A stretch of DNA of 64,000 nucleotides. Source: Fimbriimonadales bacterium. GTDB lineage: Bacteria > Armatimonadota > Fimbriimonadia > Fimbriimonadales > ATM1. Below, piece by piece: positions 46,702 to 56,126 of this stretch. Every line of letters starts with the position of its first letter. The stretch's first letter is position 1. The DNA lies in assembly GCA_041744215.1 (NCBI GenBank), contig JBGTLG010000026.1, positions 15,598-79,597 of the forward strand, written 5' to 3'. The notes under the pieces are model-generated. The model saw nothing but the letters and a program-made list of their open reading frames with translations. It was not told the origin of the DNA and searched no databases. A program made the position numbers and the translations under genes.

Positions 46702-48822
46702 ATGGACCCTCTCTCTCGGCTCGGTCGCAAGGATAAGTGGTTTCTCGGCGGTGGCGGTGGGGCCGTCTCTGCCCCACCGTTCCCGAGGTGGCTTCTCACT
46801 CCCGGCTTCTGGGATGAGTGTCACTTTGCCGACATACGCATAGATCGGCTTTTCGCGCTGCTTGTTTTTCGGGATGGCAAACCTCTGCGATTCTCCTCTT
46901 ATCTAAAGGGGTGGCGACCGGATCGGCTAACGATAATGCATGTCGCTGGGCGTGTTGTTATTCGCGAGATTCGCTGCGTTACCGAGCAAAACGTTTGGGT
47001 TTCGCAGCTGGACTTGGTTACAGACGTTGGATCCGTCGACGTCCTTTTGTGGACGCTCCACCAAAGAAGACCGCCAGGCAGTGGTACGCCCTGGACATCG
47101 GTGGAAGGTCACGAAATCAAAGAGTCATTGTTGAGTTTTGAGTATCGCGTCGCTTGGCCTGACGATTTGCCTGTTGATCGGAGCGGTTTCGAGCGCCGGG
47201 GCTCGATCGAGGGATCCGTCGCTACAAATGCAGGCTCGATCTTTCTTTCGGTCGGAGCGAACTCAGATCTGCTTGGCACGTGCGTCTTGACGGCAGAGGC
47301 GCACGATGAGTCACCCGACGTGGCAGCATCGCCAGCGAGCGATTTCTTCCAGGAAGGCTCCCTTGCTAACGGTCCTGGAGTTGTCGGCTCTGGATTTGTA
47401 CACACACTTCAGCACTTCCGGCTGACAGACAGGAAGCCCATCCAGTTTGCTTGCGCCGCAGCGGTAACGAGGAGCGAGGCGATGGCACATTTGGATAGCG
47501 AGTTATCTCGAGATGCTGTGCTTGCCTCTCAAAAGTCTTGGCGGGACTATTTTAGTGGCGTTCCACAGTTTGACTGCAGCGAAGAACTCCTTACAAATCA
47601 CTATTGGTATCGCTGGTATGGCCTCCGATTGCAGACCGTCGACGTGCGACTTCCTCGCTACCCAAGCGCTTGTGTCTTCGAAGGGATTGGTGCATTTCGG
47701 AATCTGATCAGCTACTCGGCGCATTGTCACTTGCGAGAGGTTGCGTGGATGCATGATCCCTCACTTGCCCGAGGAATTCTGCAGAACTACGTTTTCAATC
47801 AACGTGCAGACGGCTCATTTCCTGGCCACATATATTCATTCCGTCCCGAACGCGACTTCTACCATGCAAACTGGGGCGATTCAGTATTGCGGTTGATTGC
47901 TATACATGGACTTGGCAACGAAAGCAGCTCTATCATCGAATCGCTCTGTTATTATGCGGAGTACCTTCAACGCGAACGCGACCCAGAAGGTAGCGGCCTG
48001 ATTTCTGTATGGGATCAAAACGAGACGGGTCAAGAATACTCATCCCGATATCTTTTTGCCGATGCGCGAGCAGATGAATGGGGGCGTATCGACCTAAAGG
48101 GAGTCGATGCGACGTTTTATGCTACGCGCCTCAACTTCGCTCTCAGTCACCTGGGTGAGCCAGTGGCGTTTCTTCAAAAGTGTAAAGACGCGTTGGAGTC
48201 GCTCTGGGATGCGGACCATGGAATCTACAAAGACGCACTTCTGAACCCCATGAGGTTGTCGCCGTATATGTCAGCAGTCGGCTTCTATCCTCTGGCTTGT
48301 GGCGACGCTCGTTCGGAAGCGCTCACGCTTTCTTTTTACAACGAAGAGCATTTCCAAACTCCATTCATGATTCCGACAAGCCCCGTCTCGGACCCTTTCT
48401 TCTCGGCGGAACCGATGTGGAAGGAACGTCGTCTCAATTGTCCGTGGAACGGGCGTGTCTGGCCGATGGCGAACTCGCATGTGCTGGAGTCACTCGCAAA
48501 CCAATCGCGCAACAACCCGGTGCTAGCTGCAAAGGCCGGGCAGTTCCTTATGAATTGGCTGCGAATGATGACGGTTGATGGCAATCCAAGTGCGCCGACA
48601 TGCTATGAACATTACAATCCTCTCACCGGCGTGCCAAGCGGCTACCGAGGCATAGATGACTACATGCATTCATGGATCATCGATCTAATCATCCGACATG
48701 TTTGTGGTATGGATCCGGGCGATACTGTTTCGCATACGATCGACTGCGGCCTTGATTGGTGGCAGATTGCGGGAGTTCCTTGCCGAGAAGGCTTAAAGGA
48801 CAAGGAGTGGCAGCGAAAATGA
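46702..48822 (+). CDS. Glycoside hydrolase, GH63/MGH1-like (alpha/alpha)6 barrel
   Basis: ETGQE, WNGRVWP, YEHYNPLTG. Confidence 0.7.
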   Translation: MDPLSRLGRKDKWFLGGGGGAVSAPPFPRWLLTPGFWDECHFADIRIDRLFALLVFRDGKPLRFSSYLKGWRPDRLTIMHVAGRVVIREIRCVTEQNVWVSQLDLVTDVGSVDVLLWTLHQRRPPGSGTPWTSVEGHEIKESLLSFEYRVAWPDDLPVDRSGFERRGSIEGSVATNAGSIFLSVGANSDLLGTCVLTAEAHDESPDVAASPASDFFQEGSLANGPGVVGSGFVHTLQHFRLTDRKPIQFACAAAVTRSEAMAHLDSELSRDAVLASQKSWRDYFSGVPQFDCSEELLTNHYWYRWYGLRLQTVDVRLPRYPSACVFEGIGAFRNLISYSAHCHLREVAWMHDPSLARGILQNYVFNQRADGSFPGHIYSFRPERDFYHANWGDSVLRLIAIHGLGNESSSIIESLCYYAEYLQRERDPEGSGLISVWDQNETGQEYSSRYLFADARADEWGRIDLKGVDATFYATRLNFALSHLGEPVAFLQKCKDALESLWDADHGIYKDALLNPMRLSPYMSAVGFYPLACGDARSEALTLSFYNEEHFQTPFMIPTSPVSDPFFSAEPMWKERRLNCPWNGRVWPMANSHVLESLANQSRNNPVLAAKAGQFLMNWLRMMTVDGNPSAPTCYEHYNPLTGVPSGYRGIDDYMHSWIIDLIIRHVCGMDPGDTVSHTIDCGLDWWQIAGVPCREGLKDKEWQRK

Positions 48823-48847
48823 CGTCAGTTTCGCTAAGATAAAGGAA

Positions 48848-49048
48848 ATGCGATGCCCCGACTGTCCCCGGTTCGATCAGGAACGCGAATCCTGCAAGGA
48901 CGGAAAACTCAATCCGCTCAGGTGGCAAAGCGCGGTCGACGTCGCTCAGCAGTACGGGATCCGGGCGATCTGCACCCTCAATGATCATAGGGAGAGATTG
49001 CTCGACGTACATCGCGGTGCGCCTCTTAGAATCTTGAGTGACGATTAA
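48848..49048 (+). CDS. Small Cys-rich hypothetical protein
   Basis: AAGGA RBS; CPDC...C...C; followed by a hairpin at 49056-49079. Confidence 0.6.
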   Translation: MRCPDCPRFDQERESCKDGKLNPLRWQSAVDVAQQYGIRAICTLNDHRERLLDVHRGAPLRILSDD

Positions 49049-49106
49049 GAGACGAGACCGGCGAGGTTCGTCGCCGGTCCGCCTTCCTCTCTCCTCGGAG
49101 TACCGG

Positions 49107-50336
49107 TCAGAAGATGCGCAGGTGCTCGAACTTCTTGCCGAAGAGAGTCTCGCTGTCGCCACCCATCCACTGATCAACAATCGTTGAGTAGACCTGTCGG
49201 AAGTCGACGCGCCACGGAACGTCGCCGCGATCCAGATTGACGAGGTCCGGCTTTTCGCCGTACATTCCGCCTTGGACCTTTCCTCCGACGACGAACATTG
49301 GAGCTCCTGCGCCGTGATCCGTGCCGGCGCTCGCGTTCTCGCGAACACGCCGACCAAACTCGCTAAAGACCAGAACGCAAACTTTTCCGTCCTTGCCAAG
49401 GGCTTTCATTTCGTCCATGAACGATTTGAGGGCATCACTGAAGTCTTGCATCAGCCGCGAGTGCTGCGTTGCCTGCTGACTGTGTGTGTCGAAGCCGCCA
49501 GCAGCAAAGTAGATGACGCGCGTTTTCGGAGATGTTCCAATCAGGTGAGCGATCTGCTTGAAACCCTGACCAAACTGGTTGGTTCCGTAGTTCATTTTCG
49601 GCGTGTACGTGTCAAGCGCCTTGTTGAGTTCGGCCATCGCATCAAGCGCAGTGAGATTAGCTTTCCTAACGGTTTCAGCGTCAACGCTGCTGTAGGCGTC
49701 CATCCCTTGCACCTCACGCAGCATCCGCTCCGAATCGGGGTCGCCGACAAACGCCTTTATGTCCGCGAGGCTAGCGAAACAGGGTACCGACGCGACCTTT
49801 GCCTTCAGTGCGTCTGGTTTTGTTCTGCTCAAACCAATCGCAACCACCGGATTGGCCGACCCGGACTTCATCTGATAATCGAGGTGTCTGCCGAGCCATC
49901 CGTATTGTTCTCGCCCATCGGGATTTGCTGTCTGCCATATCTCCATGCTCTTGAAGTGCGATCGATCTGGATTCGGGTAACCCACGCTTTGGATAATGGC
50001 TGCTTGCTTCTCCTCGTATAGCGATTTGAATCCACCCATCGTCGGGTGCAATCCATACTCAGCGTCGATCTTCAGCACTTCTGCTTCCTTGAGCGCAAGT
50101 ACTGGACGTGACGCGTAGTACGCCGAGTTGGCATAGGGCACGACCGTGTTGAGGCCGTCATTGCCGCCACTCAGTTGGCAAACGACCAGAATATTGTCCG
50201 GGTCAATTTGCCTGCCTGCCGCCAACTTGATGACGTCCGCCTTTGCGATGGATGCGAGCCAGGGTGGCGCTGCTGCGCCGATGGCGATAATCGCGCTCTT
50301 GCGTAACAGGTCTCTGCGGGTTATTCGATCGGACAT
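49107..50336 (-). CDS. DUF1501 family Tat-exported protein
   Basis: TRRDLL; GGNDGLN, RSHF, GFDTH, SEFGR, GTDHG. Confidence 0.9.
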   Translation of the reverse strand: MSDRITRRDLLRKSAIIAIGAAAPPWLASIAKADVIKLAAGRQIDPDNILVVCQLSGGNDGLNTVVPYANSAYYASRPVLALKEAEVLKIDAEYGLHPTMGGFKSLYEEKQAAIIQSVGYPNPDRSHFKSMEIWQTANPDGREQYGWLGRHLDYQMKSGSANPVVAIGLSRTKPDALKAKVASVPCFASLADIKAFVGDPDSERMLREVQGMDAYSSVDAETVRKANLTALDAMAELNKALDTYTPKMNYGTNQFGQGFKQIAHLIGTSPKTRVIYFAAGGFDTHSQQATQHSRLMQDFSDALKSFMDEMKALGKDGKVCVLVFSEFGRRVRENASAGTDHGAGAPMFVVGGKVQGGMYGEKPDLVNLDRGDVPWRVDFRQVYSTIVDQWMGGDSETLFGKKFEHLRIF

Positions 50337-50370
50337 GGTCTTACCTCTTGATACTCTTTGTACACTGTCT

Positions 50371-51825
50371 TTAGCAAAAATGGAACTCTGGTGCGGCAAA
50401 GAGGACCTTTGACGCGAGCCGAACTACGGGCAGAGAGGTGCGCGGCGCACTTAGTGCGCTAACGCCCCCTCCTGCAAGAACAGCCTTCTCAACCTCGGTG
50501 AGCCGAGCAGAATCAAGACGAGCGTCGAAAAGCTCGCAGAGCTTCTCTGTAGCTTCTGTTGCCGTCGAGGCAGTGATCGCTGCTTGCACCGGCCCCGCAA
50601 CGTCCAACGCCCGGCCACCTGAAAACAACGTCTGGCTCAGCTTGATTCGCTCGACCATGGTCGCCGAACTGATCCACGAGCTACCCCAGTCCCATCCTGC
50701 GACTTCCGGCGGATAGAGCAACTCCATTCCCTGATTCGTCATTGAATCGACGAAGCTCCTCAGCGGCCCGATTGCCTGCCGTGCTAGCGGAGTCATGATA
50801 TCGGTGTCCGGGGCTCGCTGGCTGATCAGCGCTTGGCCGACTCCCAACGCCCTGCCGATTGCAATCGTGAAATCTGCGGGCGACTTCACCTGCTTTCGTA
50901 CCGACTTCTCGCTCCAAAACTCATCTGATTCTGCTATTGCGTAAAGAATCTTCTTGATGTCGTATCCGCTTTCTCGATACACTTTCGCGAGACGATCGAC
51001 CACTTTCTCCTCTGGCGCGGGATACGCAAACCAATGCCATAACTTCGACGGTATGTAGCGCGCTGTTTCCGTGCGTCCGCATAGGATTCCCGCGACATCG
51101 TCCCCATCGAAACGCCCCTCGTTTCCGAGAATCTTCTTTGCGCCATTATCATGCAGCGCTGGCCTAAACTGGAACTCGACGAGCGGTCTTCCCGTTCGAA
51201 CCTGCTCCATAAACTCCTCTGGCGTCGGTTGCCTCTGTCCTCGCAGCCCCGTCCTCGCGAACGACCAGCCGGTATAGGCGCGAGCCACTTCTTGGATATC
51301 GGCCTCAGTGTAGTTGCCGATCCCCATCGTAAAGAGTTCCATCACCTCGCGCGCGAAATTCTCATTAGGTTTGCCGCGAACGTTCGTATTGTTATCAAGC
51401 CACAGGATCATCGCAGGATCCTTGCTGATCGCCTTCAGCATATCAAGGAAGTTCCCATTAGCGTGGCCGCGTAAAGTCTCAAGGTAGTGGTAGAGCACAG
51501 GCCCCTGGCCGACTTTGCTCGCACTCACGGCAAAGTGATCGTGCCAGAACAAAGTTAGCTTCTCCTGCATCGGCCTCTGCGTCGTTAGCAGGCGAAGAGT
51601 CCACCACATAGCCACTTGCTTCGGCTGGAGTAGCGGAATCCCGTTGTTGTTGCGAACGGAGAACTCCCAGACGGAGACGGGAAAGCCCTCCTCGACCTTC
51701 TCGTAGTTGATCAGCCGATCGATGGTGCCGTCTACGCCGAGCTTCTCATAGAAGCCGAGCTCAGCCTGGCTCGCGCCTAGGCCAAACCGGCGAAGCAGAT
51801 GCGCTACTTTTTCACGGTTGGTCAT
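50371..51825 (-). CDS. DUF1800 family protein
   Basis: HLLRRFG, LFWHDHF, PNENFAREVMELFTMG. Confidence 0.92.
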   Translation of the reverse strand: MTNREKVAHLLRRFGLGASQAELGFYEKLGVDGTIDRLINYEKVEEGFPVSVWEFSVRNNNGIPLLQPKQVAMWWTLRLLTTQRPMQEKLTLFWHDHFAVSASKVGQGPVLYHYLETLRGHANGNFLDMLKAISKDPAMILWLDNNTNVRGKPNENFAREVMELFTMGIGNYTEADIQEVARAYTGWSFARTGLRGQRQPTPEEFMEQVRTGRPLVEFQFRPALHDNGAKKILGNEGRFDGDDVAGILCGRTETARYIPSKLWHWFAYPAPEEKVVDRLAKVYRESGYDIKKILYAIAESDEFWSEKSVRKQVKSPADFTIAIGRALGVGQALISQRAPDTDIMTPLARQAIGPLRSFVDSMTNQGMELLYPPEVAGWDWGSSWISSATMVERIKLSQTLFSGGRALDVAGPVQAAITASTATEATEKLCELFDARLDSARLTEVEKAVLAGGGVSALSAPRTSLPVVRLASKVLFAAPEFHFC

Positions 51826-51909
51826 TCGGAACTTCCGTCCATTATCGTCGATCCGATGAGGATTCAGACGCTTTGGAGGCCACTGAGTTCACCAGAAAGC
51901 GACAGTGCA

Positions 51910-52377
51910 TCACTCCTGGCCGGTAGCACCGGTAGAAATTCTTGCACGTAGGTCTGCCATTTCGATCGCCGACCTCGCAGCTTCCTCACCCTTGTTTCCA
52001 AGCTTCATGCCAGCGCGTTCGATCGCCTCATCCTGGGTTGCACACGTAAGCACGCCCCATGTTACGGGCACCCCAGTCCTTGCGGCGATGTCGGCCAGGG
52101 CCGCAGCAACGACGTTCGAAAGTTGCTGCGCGTGGGTCGTGGCTCCCTGCAAAATGCACCCAACGCAGACAATCGCGTCCGCTCCAGACCTCGCTAGCTC
52201 GAGAGCCGCGATCGGGATCTCCCACGTGCCCGGCACCCAAACGACCTTCGCGCTCCCACCGTTCATCCGAAACGCACGCTCGGCGCCTGCAACTAATTCC
52301 CTAACAACGAACTCGTTCCACCTTGCCGCAACAATGAAGAACTCCCCCCGCGAGGCGTCGAGTTTGGCCTCGATCAT
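51910..52377 (-). CDS. ribH: 6,7-dimethyl-8-ribityllumazine synthase
   Basis: VPGTWEIP, GVLT, ERAG..GNKG; follows ribBA. Confidence 0.9.
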   Translation of the reverse strand: MIEAKLDASRGEFFIVAARWNEFVVRELVAGAERAFRMNGGSAKVVWVPGTWEIPIAALELARSGADAIVCVGCILQGATTHAQQLSNVVAAALADIAARTGVPVTWGVLTCATQDEAIERAGMKLGNKGEEAARSAIEMADLRARISTGATGQE

Positions 52378-53603
52378 TAGTTGTTCTCCGGGTCAACGGG
52401 AATCAGGTGACCGAGCTTGTCTCTTTTTGTGCCCAGGTACCGCTCGTTGTGCTGGGTGGCGGGAGTTACAAGCGAAACGTGCTCGACGATTTCGAGCCCG
52501 AAGCCTTGGATGCCAGCCACTTTCCCGGGGTTGTTTGTCATAAGCCGAATCTTTCGAATGCCGAGGTCGTGAAGAACCTGCGCACCCTGGCCGTAATCCC
52601 GCAGGTCTGCCTTGAACCCGAGCGCCTGGTTGGCCTCCACAGTATCCATGCCCTGATCCTGGAGTTCGTACGCCCGGAGCTTGTTGATAAGACCTATTCC
52701 TCGGCCCTCCTGAGCAATGTACAGCAGACACCCACGACCTTCGTCCGCGATCTTCTGCAGAGCGAGGTCTAGCTGGAAACCGCAGTCGCAACGCAGCGAT
52801 CCCAAAATGTCGCCCGTGATGCAGGAGCTGTGCACCCGAACGAGAACTGGGTCGCCGTCGGTGACGTCGCCCATCGTCAAGGCGAGATACGGTGTTTGAT
52901 CCACCTCGCCCTCATACGCATAAACTTCGAAAGCGCCATACCGGGTCGGAAGCGGGATCGGCCCCGCCTGCCTCTGAACAAGTCGCTCGGTTCGGCGGCG
53001 ATAAGCTATCAGGTCAGCTATTGTTATAAGCGCCAGCGCGTGCTCGCGCGAAAACTCAATCAGTTTCGGCAGCCGCATCATGCTCCCATCCTCGTCAAGT
53101 ATCTCCACTCCGACCCCGACTGGCTTGAGCCCAGCGAGTATGCAAAGGTCAACGATCGCTTCGGTGTGACCTGCCCGCTTGAGGACGCCGCCCCTTTCGG
53201 CACGCAAGGGGATGATGTGGCCAGGTCGAGCGAGATCGCTCGGCTTGGCGTTCTCGTCAACGAAGACTGCCACGGTTTTCGCTCGATCGTGGGCCGAAAC
53301 TCCCGTAGACGTCCCGTGGATCGCATCGACCGTCTCTGCCATCGCGGTCCCGTGCCGCGCTGTATTCTGCTTGGTCATCATCGGGATACCGAGAGCTTCC
53401 AGCCGCTCAGCGGTTGTCGGGATGAACGGCACCCCCCTGCCCTTCGTAACCATAAAGTTCATCGCTTCAGGGGTGACCGTCTCGGCGGCCATGACCAAGT
53501 CTCCCTCGTTCTCTCGATCCGGGTCGTCCACCACCACAATCATCTTCCCGTCGCGGAGGTCCTGGAGAGCACGCTCAATGCTGGCAAATTGGGAATCGGT
53601 CAT
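52377..53603 (-). CDS. ribBA: Bifunctional DHBP synthase / GTP cyclohydrolase II
   Basis: DRENEGD, RAGHTEA, RVHSSC..GD..S.RCDC, QEGRGIG, TNNP; start at ATG 53603. Confidence 0.95.
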   Translation of the reverse strand: MTDSQFASIERALQDLRDGKMIVVVDDPDRENEGDLVMAAETVTPEAMNFMVTKGRGVPFIPTTAERLEALGIPMMTKQNTARHGTAMAETVDAIHGTSTGVSAHDRAKTVAVFVDENAKPSDLARPGHIIPLRAERGGVLKRAGHTEAIVDLCILAGLKPVGVGVEILDEDGSMMRLPKLIEFSREHALALITIADLIAYRRRTERLVQRQAGPIPLPTRYGAFEVYAYEGEVDQTPYLALTMGDVTDGDPVLVRVHSSCITGDILGSLRCDCGFQLDLALQKIADEGRGCLLYIAQEGRGIGLINKLRAYELQDQGMDTVEANQALGFKADLRDYGQGAQVLHDLGIRKIRLMTNNPGKVAGIQGFGLEIVEHVSLVTPATQHNERYLGTKRDKLGHLIPVDPENN

Positions 53604-53721
53604 AAGTCGGAGAACGGCCTCACGAAGCACGCAATCGTGCCTGAATTCTACCTCCGGGGTGCCAAATGGCACACTCCCTGCCCTTCTGTGTTCGACCTTC
53701 AATTGGCCTAGGAGAAAGGAC

Positions 53722-54378
53722 TTGAAAATCGAACACAAGACAATCGCTACATGCGCCCTTGCCGCCTGCTCGGCAAGCGCATTCGCTTTGCCGAGCATGG
53801 ATTTCATGGGTACCGGCTTCGGCTCAAACGTGAAGTGGACAATGGACGCGGGCTCAACGCACAAAACCACCTTCGCAGGACAGATGAAGCTCAAGCTGAC
53901 AACCGCCGAGGGCGTTGCCGAGTTCATCGGCTTCTGCGTTGACGCGACAGTCAACGTATCCAACAATATATGGGGGGTCCAGATACTCGACACCGACTCC
54001 CTGAATCCGAATGGTGCGCGAATCGCCCATGCAGTTAACTCTAAGGCCGACCAAGTAAACAACAACGCCAAAGCAACGGCGCTGCAACTCGTCCTATGGG
54101 AACTCCTCTATGAGACGAGCGCGGACTTTGACCTCGAAGATGGATCGTTTAAGGCTACCAAGGCGGATGGCTCGGCCCTGAGCAGCACGATTATTGACGA
54201 GGCCAACACGATCTTTGCGCTCCACGGCACGTCGGTCGCCCCGTACTACTTGGCAGACCTGAGCGGAAACTCCCGCTCCAGCCAGTCTTTCGTTGCTCCG
54301 GTCCCAGAGCCGGCTTCGCTGGCCGCGCTTGGCCTGTTCGGCCTAGCGGCGATGGCACGGCGGCGTCGCAAGGCCTAA
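53722..54378 (+). CDS. PEP-CTERM surface protein with putative thioester (Cys-Gln) domain
   Basis: Signal peptide; FCVD, LQLVLWE, SQSFV; VPEP-TM-RRRRK. Confidence 0.8.
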   Translation: MKIEHKTIATCALAACSASAFALPSMDFMGTGFGSNVKWTMDAGSTHKTTFAGQMKLKLTTAEGVAEFIGFCVDATVNVSNNIWGVQILDTDSLNPNGARIAHAVNSKADQVNNNAKATALQLVLWELLYETSADFDLEDGSFKATKADGSALSSTIIDEANTIFALHGTSVAPYYLADLSGNSRSSQSFVAPVPEPASLAALGLFGLAAMARRRRKA

Positions 54379-54456
54379 ACCGGGCGCGTACCGAAAGGAG
54401 AGTGGCGTAGGGTCGCGCAATCAGCGCGGCCCTTGCTACTTTGTTTCATTTTGCAC

Positions 54457-54485
54457 TTGACAAAGTGCAGAAACCAGAATATAAT
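54457..54485 (+). promoter_or_regulatory. Perfect-consensus sigma70 promoter with overlapping palindromic operators
   Basis: TTGACA (54457) - 17 bp - TATAAT (54480); TGCACTT-N4-AAGTGCA and TGCAA-N5-TTGCA. Confidence 0.8.
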
Positions 54486-54596
54486 GCAATGAGATTGCAC
54501 TATTGACACTCTTAGTTCGTGTCTATCCGGCCACCCCACAGGGTGGCCGGACCTCCTATCCTGAAATAAAGTCAAAATATTGCAATAATAAACCTC

Positions 54597-55094
54597 ATGA
54601 CCAGCTGGAAGACGACTGTCCCTCTCCTTCTCGTGTCCGTCTTCTTCGCATCGGCGATCACTTGGGTGTTTGTTGCCGACCGGCAGGTGAGATCTGACGA
54701 GGACTACGAACGGCAGGAGCCCGCTGTGGACATGAGCACCGTAGGTATCCATGGAATGCACGATGGGGAACACGCGCCGGGCGACCATGGCCCAGAGGAG
54801 TACCTCCTGTTTTTTGCCCCAGGAGGAATCTACACCCGAGAGGACATTGAGCGGAACGGTACCGTGCCACCCAGCCAAAAGTACGCCCGAATCGCGTCGA
54901 AACACGACTTCCGCCCCAAGCCAGGTGATGCGATTTGTCCTATCACGATGACGAAGGCCGATTCACGGTTCGTTTGGATCATCGCCGGCAAGGAGTACAT
55001 CTTCTGTTGCCCCCCGTGCATCGAGGAGTTCGTCCGGATGGCTAAAGAGGAGCCCGAGTCGGTCAAGGATCCGGGGGAATACTATAAGGAATAG
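54597..55094 (+). CDS. YHS/TRASH-type metal-binding membrane-anchored protein
   Basis: N-terminal TM, His-rich linker, ICPIT...YIFCCPPC. Confidence 0.75.
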   Translation: MTSWKTTVPLLLVSVFFASAITWVFVADRQVRSDEDYERQEPAVDMSTVGIHGMHDGEHAPGDHGPEEYLLFFAPGGIYTREDIERNGTVPPSQKYARIASKHDFRPKPGDAICPITMTKADSRFVWIIAGKEYIFCCPPCIEEFVRMAKEEPESVKDPGEYYKE

Positions 55095-55097
55095 CGC

Positions 55098-55973
55098 TTA
55101 CTTCTCTAGGTGCTTAAAGAAGAATCGAATCGACTCCTTGAGCATCCTTTGATTGTTCTCGGCCTTCCGAAATCCGTGCCCCTCACCCTCAAACTCGACG
55201 AGCGTCACCTCGACCCCCGCTTCTTTCAGCACCTTCTCCAGCCGCCTGGACTGGTCTATGGGCACAAGCGCATCCGCCGTGCCGTGAAACATCAGAAATG
55301 GAGCGTCGCCCTTGGACACGTGGCGAGCAGGTGAGGCCTCCCGGTAAAGCTCCGGCGCCTCTTCCGGCGTCTTTCCGAGAAAATTTGTCAAGAGAGCGAG
55401 CCCGACGCTGCCGATCGATGCTTTCAGGTCAGGGTCAAAGTCGGCGGGGCCGAAGACATTCACGACAGCCTGCACTCGCGAAGAGAACGAGGCGAGATCG
55501 GTGTCCGAGTTGTCCCTCGTGTCTCTCGTCCCGAGCAGCGCAGCTAGGTGGCCGCCCGCGGAAAATCCGATCGCTCCGATCAACTCTGGCTTGACTCCCA
55601 GCGTCGCTGCGTTTTTTCGAATCCACCTCACGGCACGCTGGACGTCATCGAGTTGCGTTGGGTACTTGTCTCGATCCGGCTTAACCAGCCGATATCCGAC
55701 CGCGATGCTAACAAATCCCTGCGCCGCGAACGATTCCGCCAAAGCCTTCATCGATGCCTTGTTGCCGCCAGACCATCCGCCGCCGTGAATCAGCAGGATC
55801 GCGGGCCGGATTCGCTCGCTCTCGGTTTTGTAGACATCGAGAAGCAGCCTCTGACCATTCGCCTCTCCGTACTGAACGTCAATCTGCGACTGAACGGCTG
55901 GCTGTGCCAGCGCTGCGGACGCGGCGACAAAAACAATTAGAATTGCTAGGAAAGGTTTGACAGATGTGCTCAT
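55098..55973 (-). CDS. Secreted alpha/beta hydrolase (esterase/lipase)
   Basis: HGGGW, GFSAGG, HGTAD.LVP, GH. Confidence 0.9.
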   Translation of the reverse strand: MSTSVKPFLAILIVFVAASAALAQPAVQSQIDVQYGEANGQRLLLDVYKTESERIRPAILLIHGGGWSGGNKASMKALAESFAAQGFVSIAVGYRLVKPDRDKYPTQLDDVQRAVRWIRKNAATLGVKPELIGAIGFSAGGHLAALLGTRDTRDNSDTDLASFSSRVQAVVNVFGPADFDPDLKASIGSVGLALLTNFLGKTPEEAPELYREASPARHVSKGDAPFLMFHGTADALVPIDQSRRLEKVLKEAGVEVTLVEFEGEGHGFRKAENNQRMLKESIRFFFKHLEK

Positions 55974-56126
55974 GCTTCGCTTAAGTGAGAGTACACCATC
56001 TGTGCCGCTCATTGGTATGTAGTACAGCCCTGGCGAGTATAAACCAGGCGACCGCGTACTTCATGGCGAGCTGATTCGTCACAATCTACTGGACCTGGCG
56101 ACTATCGCCCAAGGAGGTTTTGTCAA

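Noticed and set aside
53604-53721. FMN riboswitch upstream of ribBA
   Set aside because: No RFN consensus blocks are visible in the short divergent intergenic region
53604-54071. Long N-terminal extension of RibBA, and the 53179 start for the PEP-CTERM ORF
   Set aside because: These are shadow extensions overlapping the opposite-strand gene; family motifs begin at 53603 (-) and 53722 (+)
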